Shown here piece by piece: positions 19,686-29,066 of a DNA stretch of 64,000 bases. A program made the position numbers and the translations under genes. The notes under the pieces are model-generated. The model saw only the letters and a program-made list of their open reading frames with translations. It was not told where the DNA came from and did not search any database. Source of the stretch: an uncultured Candidatus Bathyarchaeia archaeon (GTDB lineage: Archaea; Thermoproteota; Bathyarchaeia; Bathyarchaeales; Bathyarchaeaceae); contig CAZEBS010000004.1 in the NCBI GenBank assembly GCA_964510635.1, positions 68,165 to 132,164 on the forward strand. Direction: 5' to 3'. How positions within the stretch are numbered: the stretch's first letter is position 1; the number at the start of each line of letters is the position of its first letter.

Positions 19686-19897
19686 GTACCAAACTCCAGT
19701 GCACGCACTTGGGTAAACGGCTCTAATGCTTCAATAGTTCTGGTCAACTCTGCGAGCGAGTCCAGCATTAACATGTGTTCACCCTGATGCACGCTCAGTT
19801 GAAAACCTACATATTTTTTGGCAAATAACAGTTTTGGCACTTCACTCACCACGAACATGAAGTATGCTCGTTTGTTGAAGCTATTCGTCCGCTCCAC
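19682..19897 (-). CDS. Possible small hypothetical protein
   Basis: 71-aa ORF overlapping the GT4 start by 4 bp; no recognisable motif. Confidence 0.25.
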   Translation of the reverse strand: MERTNSFNKRAYFMFVVSEVPKLLFAKKYVGFQLSVHQGEHMLMLDSLAELTRTIEALEPFTQVRALEFGT

Positions 19898-19994
19898 AGG
19901 TTATAGCAAATTATAATTAGCAATTCTGTTAACATAATTCAAAACCTACACAACTCACCAGCTGCGAAAATATCCAAACTCAAGAAGGCAAACT

Positions 19995-21125
19995 TTGATG
20001 CTTCCTAAATTCGACATAACGAAAAAGTCGTGGCTTCAAGTTTCTGTGCTAGTGTGTTTTATCGCTGCAATAATTCTGTTGATGATTCTAGACTACTTCA
20101 ATCTTGAGAGTTTTCCCATATTCAATGAACGGGGATTCTACTTTGATTACACATGGAAAGGAAGACTCTTCATTCTGTTCTTCATGTGGCTCCTTGTTCT
20201 AGAATACTCACTAAATGTGGGACAAGAACCAAAAACAGACCAAGAAAACCTGCCAAAAAACCAACTTAAGATATTAGCAACCTACCTATGCGCCCTTATT
20301 CCAATAATCTACATCCTAAGCGTCAACTTCTTGGGTCTTGATCGAACAGTCATACAACTTGGAGAGGCTTTCCGCGGCGAATACTGGAGAGCAAACTTTA
20401 AGGATTGGGAGCACATTCTTACAGCAGCTTGGCCCCTGTCAGTCGAATATCTTATGTTCACAGTTTCTTTCTTGGCAACCATACTTTTGGCATACGGAAA
20501 AAGCGGTTTGAAGAAATTTGGCATCTCAATAGCTTTGATTGCGGGAATCACCGCCATATACCTTACAGACACCATTTTTCCCTATGGAGTGCTTAAACCG
20601 CTTCAGCTATTGGCGCTTCCCACTGCTTCGTGCGCAGCTATGCTGCTTGACCTTTTGGGTTACACCTTTATGATGTACTATTCTCCGGGACCATCTGCTA
20701 TGCCGATTATAAGAACAAGAGATTTGGCTGGTAATTCGGTTTCTATTGGGATTGCTTGGCCATGTGCTGGGGTGCATAGCATGTTTCTTTACACGTTAAT
20801 CATGTTGCTGTTGTTCAGGAAGTCCAGCATGTCACGTTTCCGTAAACTGATTTACTTTATTGTTGGAGCGATTGGAACATACCTTGTTAATGTGCTAAGG
20901 ATAATTGCATACTACTTCATCCGAGTAAACTCTGGGCTGAGTGCCGCAGAGACTTTCCACGATGTCTATGGAGAAATACTTTTTGTCACATGGATTCTGC
21001 TCTACATCCTGTTGATAGTTTGTATCCAAAAGTTCAGGCTCGCAGAGAAAACACTACAAGGAATAAGGACATTAACACAATTTTCTAGAAAGGAAAAGCA
21101 GCAGCCTACAACACCTCAACAGTAA
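19995..21125 (+). CDS. Archaeosortase/exosortase-family transpeptidase
   Basis: Multi-TM protein with catalytic triad Cys (WPCAGVHS), Arg (VNVLRI) and His (FHDVYG). Confidence 0.88.
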   Translation: MMLPKFDITKKSWLQVSVLVCFIAAIILLMILDYFNLESFPIFNERGFYFDYTWKGRLFILFFMWLLVLEYSLNVGQEPKTDQENLPKNQLKILATYLCALIPIIYILSVNFLGLDRTVIQLGEAFRGEYWRANFKDWEHILTAAWPLSVEYLMFTVSFLATILLAYGKSGLKKFGISIALIAGITAIYLTDTIFPYGVLKPLQLLALPTASCAAMLLDLLGYTFMMYYSPGPSAMPIIRTRDLAGNSVSIGIAWPCAGVHSMFLYTLIMLLLFRKSSMSRFRKLIYFIVGAIGTYLVNVLRIIAYYFIRVNSGLSAAETFHDVYGEILFVTWILLYILLIVCIQKFRLAEKTLQGIRTLTQFSRKEKQQPTTPQQ

Positions 21126-21228
21126 ACTAGAACCTGAGTTGAAGGTTATTCCCAGAAAGTAGGATAATTTAAATCCCTCCAAAAGAAAATCAATTAAGTT
21201 TAAAAGTGCCCTAGAGGTCATTACTGCA

Positions 21229-21864
21229 TTGAAACCGGAGGAACAACATTTGAGTGATGAAGCCCAAGGTCGTTTTCTAATACCAGGAGCCACAACTATA
21301 GGCTTAGTTTATTCTGACGGCGTAATCTTGGCATCAGAGAAGAGAGTTACGTATGGCTCCATGATCATGAGCAAAACTGGAAAAAAGGTTTTCAGAATCG
21401 CTGACCAAGTCGGTGCAGCATGCGCAGGCTTAGTTTCTGACATGCAGATTCTGGCGAGGGAAGTGGAAGCCCAAGCAAAACTGTTTTCATTCGACGCAAA
21501 AAGACCAATGCCTGTTAGAGCAGCAGCCAAGGTCATGTCAAACGTGCTTTTCGGCAGACGCATGATTCCATTGATTACTCAAACGATTGTAGGTGGAATG
21601 GAGGATGAGGGACCGGCAATATATGTGCTTGACGTTATTGGGTCTGTTTTGCCTGACACTTATGCTGCTGTTGGCTCAGGTGCCCAGATAGCAACTGGAG
21701 TGCTGGAGGAAGGATACAAGGATGGCATGTCCCAGAAAGACGCGAAAGCGCTGGTGTTGCGGGCAATAAAATCTGCTGTACGCCGAGACTCCATGAGCGG
21801 CGACGGCGTGGATTTCCTTATCGTCTCAAAGGAAGGAGTCCAAGAAGAAACCGTCAACTTTTAA
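21229..21864 (+). CDS. psmB: Proteasome beta subunit (probably non-catalytic paralog)
   Basis: GATTIG, ASEKRVT, AGLVSD, GSG and RDSMSGDG motifs; the Thr1 position is Ala. Confidence 0.9.
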   Translation: MKPEEQHLSDEAQGRFLIPGATTIGLVYSDGVILASEKRVTYGSMIMSKTGKKVFRIADQVGAACAGLVSDMQILAREVEAQAKLFSFDAKRPMPVRAAAKVMSNVLFGRRMIPLITQTIVGGMEDEGPAIYVLDVIGSVLPDTYAAVGSGAQIATGVLEEGYKDGMSQKDAKALVLRAIKSAVRRDSMSGDGVDFLIVSKEGVQEETVNF

Positions 21865-21967
21865 CCGGACAGCAGACTGGCTCTGCTTGAGCCAGAATTG
21901 ATGGTGAAAGTTAAGAAGATTTAATACCGTAGGGGACGCATGTTGCATAAGTCAGAGGCGAAACAGC

Positions 21968-22585
21968 ATGACGTTTCAGCTGACCCCTGAAGAAGGCGAA
22001 TTTCTCGTAAATCTAGCCAGACAAACAGTAACAGAATACCTGAAAAACGGCAAAGTCTTGCAGACGCCCGAAGACCTTTCATCTGAGCTGATGGAGCCGT
22101 GCGGAGTCTTTGTTACATTGAACAGCATCAAGGAAGGAGAGAAGAGGCTGAGGGGCTGCATTGGTCTTCCCTATCCTACCACCCCATTGGTTCAGGCAGT
22201 GATTGAGGCTGCCCTCAGCGCCGCAACCCAAGACCCACGTTTTCCGCCAGTCGCCCATGAAGAGCTTGAGCATATAGTTTTTGAGGTCAGCGTCTTAACT
22301 CCTCCTGAACAGGTTACAGTGGAGAAGCCAACAGAGTATCCCTCAAAAATCAAGGTTGGACGGGACGGGCTCATAATGGAACGGGGTTACTACAAGGGAC
22401 TGCTTTTGCCTCAGGTGCCTGTTGAATGGAACTGGAACGAGGAAGAGTTTCTGTGCCAAACAGCAATGAAGGCAGGACTATCCCCTGACGCTTGGCTACT
22501 GAAGGATACAAAGATATACAGGTTCCAAGCGATAATTTTTGAGGAAGCCTCCCCTAAAGGGCAAATTAAACGTAAAACAATTTAG
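21968..22585 (+). CDS. AMMECR1-domain protein
   Basis: GVFVTL, LRGCIG, DPRF, EVSVLT and GLLLPQV motifs. Confidence 0.93.
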   Translation: MTFQLTPEEGEFLVNLARQTVTEYLKNGKVLQTPEDLSSELMEPCGVFVTLNSIKEGEKRLRGCIGLPYPTTPLVQAVIEAALSAATQDPRFPPVAHEELEHIVFEVSVLTPPEQVTVEKPTEYPSKIKVGRDGLIMERGYYKGLLLPQVPVEWNWNEEEFLCQTAMKAGLSPDAWLLKDTKIYRFQAIIFEEASPKGQIKRKTI

Positions 22586-22600
22586 AGGAAACCACAAGTC

Positions 22601-23770
22601 ATGCGTGTTCTTTTTACTCCCTCTGGCGTGGGACTGGGACATGTTGGTCGCTGTATCCCCATAGCTAAGAAGCTTGAAAAGAACGGCGCAGAAATTTTGT
22701 TTTCCACGTACCGCGAGGGTTTCAGGTACGTTCAGCAGGAAGGCTTCCAAGCCGTAGAGGCTCCAGACATTGGAGTTCAGGTTAAGCCAGACGGAAGCAT
22801 TGACTTCCGCTTAACAACCGTAAGGCCTGGACCCTTCTTGACCATCTACACAATCATGAAGCAAGTTGACGCTGAAATCAATTACATGCAAGCCTTTGAA
22901 CCAGACATTGTAGTTTCGGATTCCCGAGCATCCTCTCTTGTGGCAGCAAAGCTACTGGACATCCCCAGAGTATGCATTCTGAACCAGTTTCAGGTGTTCA
23001 TTCCTAGACGAACAAGGTTCCTGAAGCTTGCCAGAATCGCAGACGCCACCACTTTAACTCTTGTCGGACGAGTGTGGGCAGAAGTAAATCATATCCTGAT
23101 TCCAGACTTTCCTCCACCCTACACTATCTCAACCAAGAATCTGCATATTCCAAAGGCGTACCACAAAAAACTCAAGTTTATTGGTCCAATTCTTCCTGTC
23201 CACTCCAACGACCTGCCAGACAAGAAGACTCTGCGGAAAAAGCTGGGGCTGGACGAATCTAAACCGTTGATTTTTGCGCCAATCAGCGGACCTGCAAAGG
23301 AGCGTGCCTACTTCACGGGCCTGCTCAGGCAGATTTTTGGCAACTTTCCTGACGATTATCAGATTGTTATGTCTCTGGGTTACCCGAATGGTTCAGTGGA
23401 GCCTGTTACTAACGGAAACATGATTATCCGTGGGTGGATCCCGAACCGTTTCGATTACATGAAAGCCTGCGATGTTGTTGTTTCCCGTGGCGGTCATGGA
23501 ACCCTGTCCCAGTCGATTTGTTATGGCAAGCCAATAATTCTTGTTCCTACGCCAAGCCACACCGAGCAATTCAACAACGCCAAAAAAGCTTCTGAGTTGG
23601 GAGTTGCAGAGATTATCCAGCAGGAAAAGCTTACGAAGGATTCGCTTTTAGCGGCTCTCCGAAAAGTTTTGGAGACAAAGAGGCTACAGAAATCGGAGCA
23701 GCTTCAGAAGGAACTTTCGAAATGGAATGGGTTAGAAATCGCCACAAAAATAGTCGTTGACACGGCATAA
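22601..23770 (+). CDS. MurG/GT28-like glycosyltransferase
   Basis: GVGLGH, SRGGHGT and P..HTEQ..NA motifs. Confidence 0.85.
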   Translation: MRVLFTPSGVGLGHVGRCIPIAKKLEKNGAEILFSTYREGFRYVQQEGFQAVEAPDIGVQVKPDGSIDFRLTTVRPGPFLTIYTIMKQVDAEINYMQAFEPDIVVSDSRASSLVAAKLLDIPRVCILNQFQVFIPRRTRFLKLARIADATTLTLVGRVWAEVNHILIPDFPPPYTISTKNLHIPKAYHKKLKFIGPILPVHSNDLPDKKTLRKKLGLDESKPLIFAPISGPAKERAYFTGLLRQIFGNFPDDYQIVMSLGYPNGSVEPVTNGNMIIRGWIPNRFDYMKACDVVVSRGGHGTLSQSICYGKPIILVPTPSHTEQFNNAKKASELGVAEIIQQEKLTKDSLLAALRKVLETKRLQKSEQLQKELSKWNGLEIATKIVVDTA

Positions 23771-23776
23771 CCGAAA

Positions 23777-24529
23777 CTACAATGGAGCTATTTCCAGCAT
23801 TTTGAAGCCTCGGGCGCAGGGGTTAAGCAATTCCACAATCTTAACAGTCTCCAAGATTGATTTGCTGATTTCAGCGTAGCCAACCACCTCATTTTCTGTG
23901 GGAATCAGAGACTGAAGCGCAACCTTGCCTTGTAGGAGCTTCGTTTGGCACCTCGTTGGGAGACCAAGCTTTAACTTGACGTTTTCTTTTGCTGCTTTTT
24001 CTGCGGCGTAGCGGATGGCGTGGGCACCTGATGTCAATTCAGCTATTCTGACTGGGACACTTTCTTTTCCGAAGGCCCGAACTTCTATGCCGTAGGTGCG
24101 CAGGATGCTGGAGGCGGTTTTTCTTAGGTTCGGCAGGATTTTCAGGATTTGTCCCCGTGCCTTGCGGGACTTTTTCATGGCAGATATTCCCACTGCGGAA
24201 AAGTCTTCCAAGTTCATTCCTCTCAGGCTCATGTCCAGATGCACCATGTCCGCCTTCACGCTCTTTAACAGCTGTTGGCAGAGTTCCAGTTCATGGGCTA
24301 TCAGCTGGTATCCTTCATCGGCTTCGGCGAAGATGGGTTCAGCCAACACAGAGGCTGCTCTTTTGTATGGGGGCTCTGTTAGAACCGCCGCCGCAGCCAC
24401 CACCTTCATGGGTTCAAATCGGTCGTTTAAGATTGCGGCGCCAGAGTCCGCAGCAACTATCCTCAAAGCATCATCTCCAAAGTCCAGTAAGTTCCGAGAA
24501 CTCTTCTCCCTATCTAAAGAAGCTCTCAA
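23777..24529 (-). CDS. DUF4152-like conserved archaeal protein
   Basis: RIVAADSGAAIL, VHLDMSL and GKESVPVRIAEL motifs. Confidence 0.7.
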   Translation of the reverse strand: MRASLDREKSSRNLLDFGDDALRIVAADSGAAILNDRFEPMKVVAAAAVLTEPPYKRAASVLAEPIFAEADEGYQLIAHELELCQQLLKSVKADMVHLDMSLRGMNLEDFSAVGISAMKKSRKARGQILKILPNLRKTASSILRTYGIEVRAFGKESVPVRIAELTSGAHAIRYAAEKAAKENVKLKLGLPTRCQTKLLQGKVALQSLIPTENEVVGYAEISKSILETVKIVELLNPCARGFKMLEIAPL

Positions 24530-24599
24530 CAGCTAATAATCCGTAGATGGATTTATCATTTATCTGCCATGGAACAAATCGACTACTGAATGGAGAAAG

Positions 24600-25214
24600 T
24601 TATGTTCTTTTTCTGTAGTTCATTCCAAGAACGTACAGTTCCGCGCTTTTTGATCTGCTAGCCCGTGGTTTAACAAGCTTCACGAAACTGAACTGCTGTC
24701 TCACCTCGTCGATGAAGCGGTTTGTTTCGTTTCCTTGAAATACCTTGACGAAAAAGTTTCCGCCATAACGCAGAACAGAAGCAGCTACTTTTAAGGACTG
24801 TCTTGCAAGGTCAATTTGGCGGGCGTTATCAAGCTCCCAGATTCCAGACACGTTAGGCGCAACATCTGAGACAACAACGTCAACTGAACGAGGCAAAAAC
24901 TCCAGAATTTCCTCGACTGTTTGGGGTTCAGAGATGTCGCTGATGATTGTGCGGACGTTGGAGAAGTCGAGGGACTCTATCTGTTTTAGGTCAACTGCCA
25001 ACACAAAACCTGTGTCTTCTACAAGTTTTCTGGCAGCCTGAGTCCATCCACCCGGGGCAGCCCCCAAATCCACTACAACATATCCGGGCTTGATGAACTT
25101 GTATTTCTTTACTGCCTGAAGAAGCTTATAGGTGGCTCGTGAACGAAATTTTTCCTCTTTTGCTTTCCGGTAATAAAATTCTTTTTTCCGCTCGTTTACC
25201 CATGCTTTAGGCAA
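24600..25214 (-). CDS. rlmE: 23S rRNA 2'-O-methyltransferase RlmE/FtsJ
   Basis: RSRATYKL, DLGAAPGGW, SDVAPN, KVFQG and ASRSKSAELY motifs. Confidence 0.95.
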   Translation of the reverse strand: MPKAWVNERKKEFYYRKAKEEKFRSRATYKLLQAVKKYKFIKPGYVVVDLGAAPGGWTQAARKLVEDTGFVLAVDLKQIESLDFSNVRTIISDISEPQTVEEILEFLPRSVDVVVSDVAPNVSGIWELDNARQIDLARQSLKVAASVLRYGGNFFVKVFQGNETNRFIDEVRQQFSFVKLVKPRASRSKSAELYVLGMNYRKRT

Positions 25215-25216
25215 AA

Positions 25217-25603
25217 CTATGCTTCACCAGAAGACTCTTCGATTTCTGTTTCCGCTACATCTATGCCTAGAATCCACATGGTCAATCTTGAACACTCGTT
25301 AGGAGAAATTGGGCTCCATGCTCCACATCTTGCATCGTTTGGGCACATCAGACATGGAGAATCAATAATAGAGTTCAGGGATGCAGGTTTCCGTTTAGGA
25401 AAAAGCCTGTACGTCCATCTTCCTTCATAAAGTTCCTTTTCTCGGAGAATCAGCCCCTTGGTTTCCAGTTTCAGGGCGATTCGGCTTCCTTCTCTGCTTG
25501 TGGCGTCCAGTTCGCGCCACAGTTCGGATTGAAGCACTCCGTCGGTTCCGTTGTTGGAAATAACATCTAGGGCTTTGTGTTCGAGTTCGTTGCGTCTTGG
25601 CAT
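25217..25603 (-). CDS. Winged-helix + Fe-S protein, TFE-beta (RPC34/C39 homolog)
   Basis: GVLQSELW winged helix followed by a PCLMCP....C......P..C..L..W four-Cys cluster. Probable start 25603 or 25630 (ORF opens at 25759). Confidence 0.75.
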   Translation of the reverse strand: MPRRNELEHKALDVISNNGTDGVLQSELWRELDATSREGSRIALKLETKGLILREKELYEGRWTYRLFPKRKPASLNSIIDSPCLMCPNDARCGAWSPISPNECSRLTMWILGIDVAETEIEESSGEA

Positions 25604-25818
25604 ATAATTGTCTGTCCTTACAGTCGTCATACTATATGGGCACGTTAAAGCATAAAAAGGTGTATGTTTTTGTCGATTTAGGCATATTACTGAAAAAGAA
25701 GAGTTTTTGGCTCTTTTCTCGAAGGAACTGCGAAACGTTTTAACACCCCCATAAAGCAATATCTTTTCTACAAGAACAGAAAAACGTCACAAAATGTTCG
25801 CTGAGAGGAACCAAAAAG

Positions 25819-26853
25819 TTGACCACAAACAATTCAGGTCGCTCTTACTGCATAGGCATCGAGTCTACGGCAGACGATTTCGGCGCCGCAGTCGTGTCTT
25901 TTGACGGCAAGGTTCTCTCCAACGCAAACGATACTTACTCGCCAAAGGAGGGCGGAATCCATCCCAGAGAAGCAGCCAGACATCACGCTGAAGTCGCAGA
26001 AAAGGTTCTTGCAGAAGCTTTCGAAACGGCGGCAGTAAAGCCCAAGGACATTAGTTTGGTGGCGTTTGCTCAGGGTCCAGGTTTGGGTCCATGTCTCCGC
26101 ACTGGCGCAACCGCAGCCCGTGCCCTAGCTTCTTATCTTGATGTTCCTTTGGTGGGAGTCAACCATTGTGTGGGACATATTGAAGTCGGCAAACTGGCAA
26201 CAGGAGCCACAGACCCCGTCACATTGTATGTTTCTGGAGGAAACACAATAGTTTCAGCCTTCGAAGCCCACAGATACCGCATTTTCGGGGAGACTCTAGA
26301 CATTGCCATCGGAAACTGTTTGGACGTTTTTGCTCGTGCAGTGGGTTTACAGCAGAAAAAGGGTGCACCATTCGGAGCCATAGTTGAGCAGCTGGCACTC
26401 AAGGGAGAAAAGTTTGTTCATCTTCCATACACCGTGAAGGGCATGGACCTGTCTTTCAGCGGTCTTCTCACAGCAGCTGTATCGGCGTTTCAATCAAAAA
26501 AGGGCTCCATAGAGGACATCTGCTACAGCCTGCAGGAAGTTGCCTTTTCTATGTTGACTGAGGTGACTGAACGGGCTTTGGCTCACACCGAAAAACCTGA
26601 GGTACTGTTGACGGGGGGCGTTGCTGCCAACAAGAAGCTGCAGTCTATGCTTGCGGTGATTGCGGAGGAGCATGATGCCCGATTCTGTGTTGTTCCCTTG
26701 AAGCTTGCCGCAGACAACGGAGCCATGATTGCTTGGGCGGGGATTCTTGCGTACAAGAGCGGCATTACTACGCCCATAGAGAAGAGTTATGTTGATGTGA
26801 AGTGGCGCTTGGAGGAAGTTTATGCGCCGTGGGTGGAGGCTCAGCTGTGCTGA
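25819..26853 (+). CDS. kae1: KEOPS t6A synthase Kae1
   Basis: GIESTA, GGIHP, GPGLGPCL, HCVGH, SGGNT, GETLD and DNGAMIA motifs. Confidence 0.96.
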   Translation: MTTNNSGRSYCIGIESTADDFGAAVVSFDGKVLSNANDTYSPKEGGIHPREAARHHAEVAEKVLAEAFETAAVKPKDISLVAFAQGPGLGPCLRTGATAARALASYLDVPLVGVNHCVGHIEVGKLATGATDPVTLYVSGGNTIVSAFEAHRYRIFGETLDIAIGNCLDVFARAVGLQQKKGAPFGAIVEQLALKGEKFVHLPYTVKGMDLSFSGLLTAAVSAFQSKKGSIEDICYSLQEVAFSMLTEVTERALAHTEKPEVLLTGGVAANKKLQSMLAVIAEEHDARFCVVPLKLAADNGAMIAWAGILAYKSGITTPIEKSYVDVKWRLEEVYAPWVEAQLC

Positions 26854-27482
26854 TTAAGAAGGGCGCCGAAGCCAGCCTATACTTGGAGATGTGGCATAAC
26901 CGTAAAGTCATCATGAAGCGGCGGCACCCCAAAAAGTATCGGACACCAGAACTGGACACAATGATTCGTTCCCAGCGGACAGTGCATGAGCCGAACATTA
27001 TCCACAAAGCTAAGGAAGCGGGGGTTCCCACGCCCACAATCTTCAAGGTTGATTTAGAAGAGGCAAACATTGTTATGGAGTTTGTTGAAGGAAAACAGGT
27101 CAAGGAAGTGCTGGACACTGTTTCCAAGGAAGAAAGGCTGCGCTTGAGCGGTCTCATGGGCAAGATGATTGGGCGCCTCCACGGTAACGGAATCATCCAC
27201 GGCGACCTCACAACCTCAAACATGATATTGACGCCTTACGGCAAGATTGTTTTTGTTGACTTTGGGTTAAGTGAAAGGTCAATTGAACTGGAACCCAAAG
27301 GAGTTGACCTACATCTCATGAAGCGGGCATTCCAGAGCACCCACTACAAGCACGCAACAGAATGCTTCAAGGCAGTCATGAAAGGATACGCCGAATCCGT
27401 GGGACAAGAAGAAGCAAAAAAGGTCTCCGCCAAAATCAGGGAAATAGAAAAACGAGGACGCTACGTCGCAGACAGAGAATAA
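26847..27482 (+). CDS. bud32: KEOPS kinase Bud32
   Basis: KGAEA, HGDLTTSN and DFGL motifs; GTG 26847 overlaps the kae1 stop. Confidence 0.95.
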   Translation: MLIKKGAEASLYLEMWHNRKVIMKRRHPKKYRTPELDTMIRSQRTVHEPNIIHKAKEAGVPTPTIFKVDLEEANIVMEFVEGKQVKEVLDTVSKEERLRLSGLMGKMIGRLHGNGIIHGDLTTSNMILTPYGKIVFVDFGLSERSIELEPKGVDLHLMKRAFQSTHYKHATECFKAVMKGYAESVGQEEAKKVSAKIREIEKRGRYVADRE

Positions 27483-28558
27483 ACCCGCTTTTTGAGGGTT
27501 ACCGCAAACAAAGCAGTCACCAAAATTAGTGGAAGAATAATCAATGAGGGAAACTCTGGAATGTATTCAGATGGTGTGTAAACCTCATTAATGTCTGTTG
27601 CTTCTTCTTCCCATTCTAATTCACCTGATTTAACATATCCTCCAATCACATACATGCGATCATTTATTACCGTACCACCCAGATATCTGCGTGGAGTGGG
27701 CATCTGGAGATTGTTACTCCATGTACCTGTTTCTGGGTCGTAAATTTGATGAGTGTTTGCATCTAACACGTGAATTCTTTTCGGAGCAAAAACGCCAGTG
27801 GTTGCACAGGCAATTGGACCAGCTACTGCTGGAGCGAATAAACTTGAACCATTACTCCATGAGTCAGTTTCAGGGTCATAAATATGGAGGGTTTGATAAA
27901 CAACTACGTATATTTTGTTATCTATAACCGCAGAAGCTGTGTTTGGAGCAGTTCCATAACCTTCAAAATTGGGCATTAATGCCCCTGTTGCCCAGGTGTC
28001 AGTTGTTGGATCATAAATTTCGGTTTTGTTAACAAGAACCATCCAACCAGGAGGACCCCCATAAGCGTCACCAGCCATAACGTAGATTTTGCCGTTAACA
28101 ACATTGGCAACTAACGACTCTCTGGGTGTAGGGATTGAAGTTCGTGTTTCCCAAGTATCAGTTACAGTATCATAAACTTCAGTTGCTCCAACAATGTTAG
28201 GGTATCCCCCTACATATCCCATTCCTCCGATTATGTATATTTTCTTTTGAACAACTGCAATTCCAAAATCCTCCCGTGCAGAAGGCATTGGAGTTTTTGT
28301 AGTCCACGTGTCCGTAGCAGGATCATACATTTCATTAATTCCTGTCCATCCAACCGTGCCGTCTCTGTCACCTCCGATGGCGTAAATTTTGCCATTTACA
28401 ACAGCAACTCCAAGCCCCGCTCGTGCTGTGGGCATTGGCTTCAAGGTTGCCCAAGAATCTTCAACAGCATAAACCCGTGGTAAAAACAGAGTAGATAACA
28501 GGCAACCAAGAATCAGCAGCAGAGCAAATGTTCTGGTTTTGTTTGGGTTAATAAGCAT
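27461..28558 (-). CDS. Secreted Kelch-repeat beta-propeller protein with PEF-CTERM sorting tail
   Basis: Signal peptide; repeated GKIYxxGG..YDP.TDTW blades; C-terminal IPEFP + TM + KKR. Confidence 0.9.
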   Translation of the reverse strand: MLINPNKTRTFALLLILGCLLSTLFLPRVYAVEDSWATLKPMPTARAGLGVAVVNGKIYAIGGDRDGTVGWTGINEMYDPATDTWTTKTPMPSAREDFGIAVVQKKIYIIGGMGYVGGYPNIVGATEVYDTVTDTWETRTSIPTPRESLVANVVNGKIYVMAGDAYGGPPGWMVLVNKTEIYDPTTDTWATGALMPNFEGYGTAPNTASAVIDNKIYVVVYQTLHIYDPETDSWSNGSSLFAPAVAGPIACATTGVFAPKRIHVLDANTHQIYDPETGTWSNNLQMPTPRRYLGGTVINDRMYVIGGYVKSGELEWEEEATDINEVYTPSEYIPEFPSLIILPLILVTALFAVTLKKRVYSLSAT

Positions 28559-28585
28559 AACAATTCATTTATTGACGAAAGAAAC

Positions 28586-28670
28586 CATAAAAGTATTTTT
28601 GTTAAGGTTTCTTGACATATCAAATAATACGTTAGTCAATTTTTCTTGACAAAACTTTTGCAGAAGCGGC
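28586..28670. promoter_or_regulatory. Tandem GTCAA-N6-TTGAC palindromic boxes beside a minus-strand TATA box (copy 2)
   Basis: GTTAAGGTTTCTTGAC at 28601-28616 and GTCAATTTTTCTTGAC at 28635-28650; 34-bp pitch, as at 116/150. Confidence 0.65.
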
Positions 28671-28757
28671 TGTTAGCTTATTGCGTGGTTAGGTATAAAT
28701 CGCAGGTCTGTGAATATAGGCTGACCAATGCGTTAATGTTTGTTGAGGTGTTGTTTG

Positions 28758-29042
28758 TTGAGGCTTCTGCTTGATGAGATGTATTCGGGTTTGAAGGAGT
28801 ATTTTGAGATTTTAGGCTGGGACGTGTTGACGGTTCAGGAGGCGGGGCTACGGGGAGCAAAAGACAGAGCAGTTGCTGAGTATGCTGCGGAAAATAATCT
28901 GCTTCTTGTAACCGAGGACCAGAAACCTGCAGAACTGATGCACCTCAAAGACGCGAAATATGTGCTTATCTCTAATGCGTTGATAGCTAAGATAGCGGAC
29001 CAGAAAATCCGAGAAAAATATCCTGACATCAACCAAAAATAA
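28758..29042 (+). CDS. DUF5615/VapC45-like PIN-domain protein
   Basis: LLLDEM, GWDV..V, GAKD..V...A and LVTED motifs. Probable TTG start after GAGGTG (ORF opens at 28740). Confidence 0.8.
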   Translation: MRLLLDEMYSGLKEYFEILGWDVLTVQEAGLRGAKDRAVAEYAAENNLLLVTEDQKPAELMHLKDAKYVLISNALIAKIADQKIREKYPDINQK

Positions 29043-29066
29043 GCATTAACATGAGATGAAGGCAAG

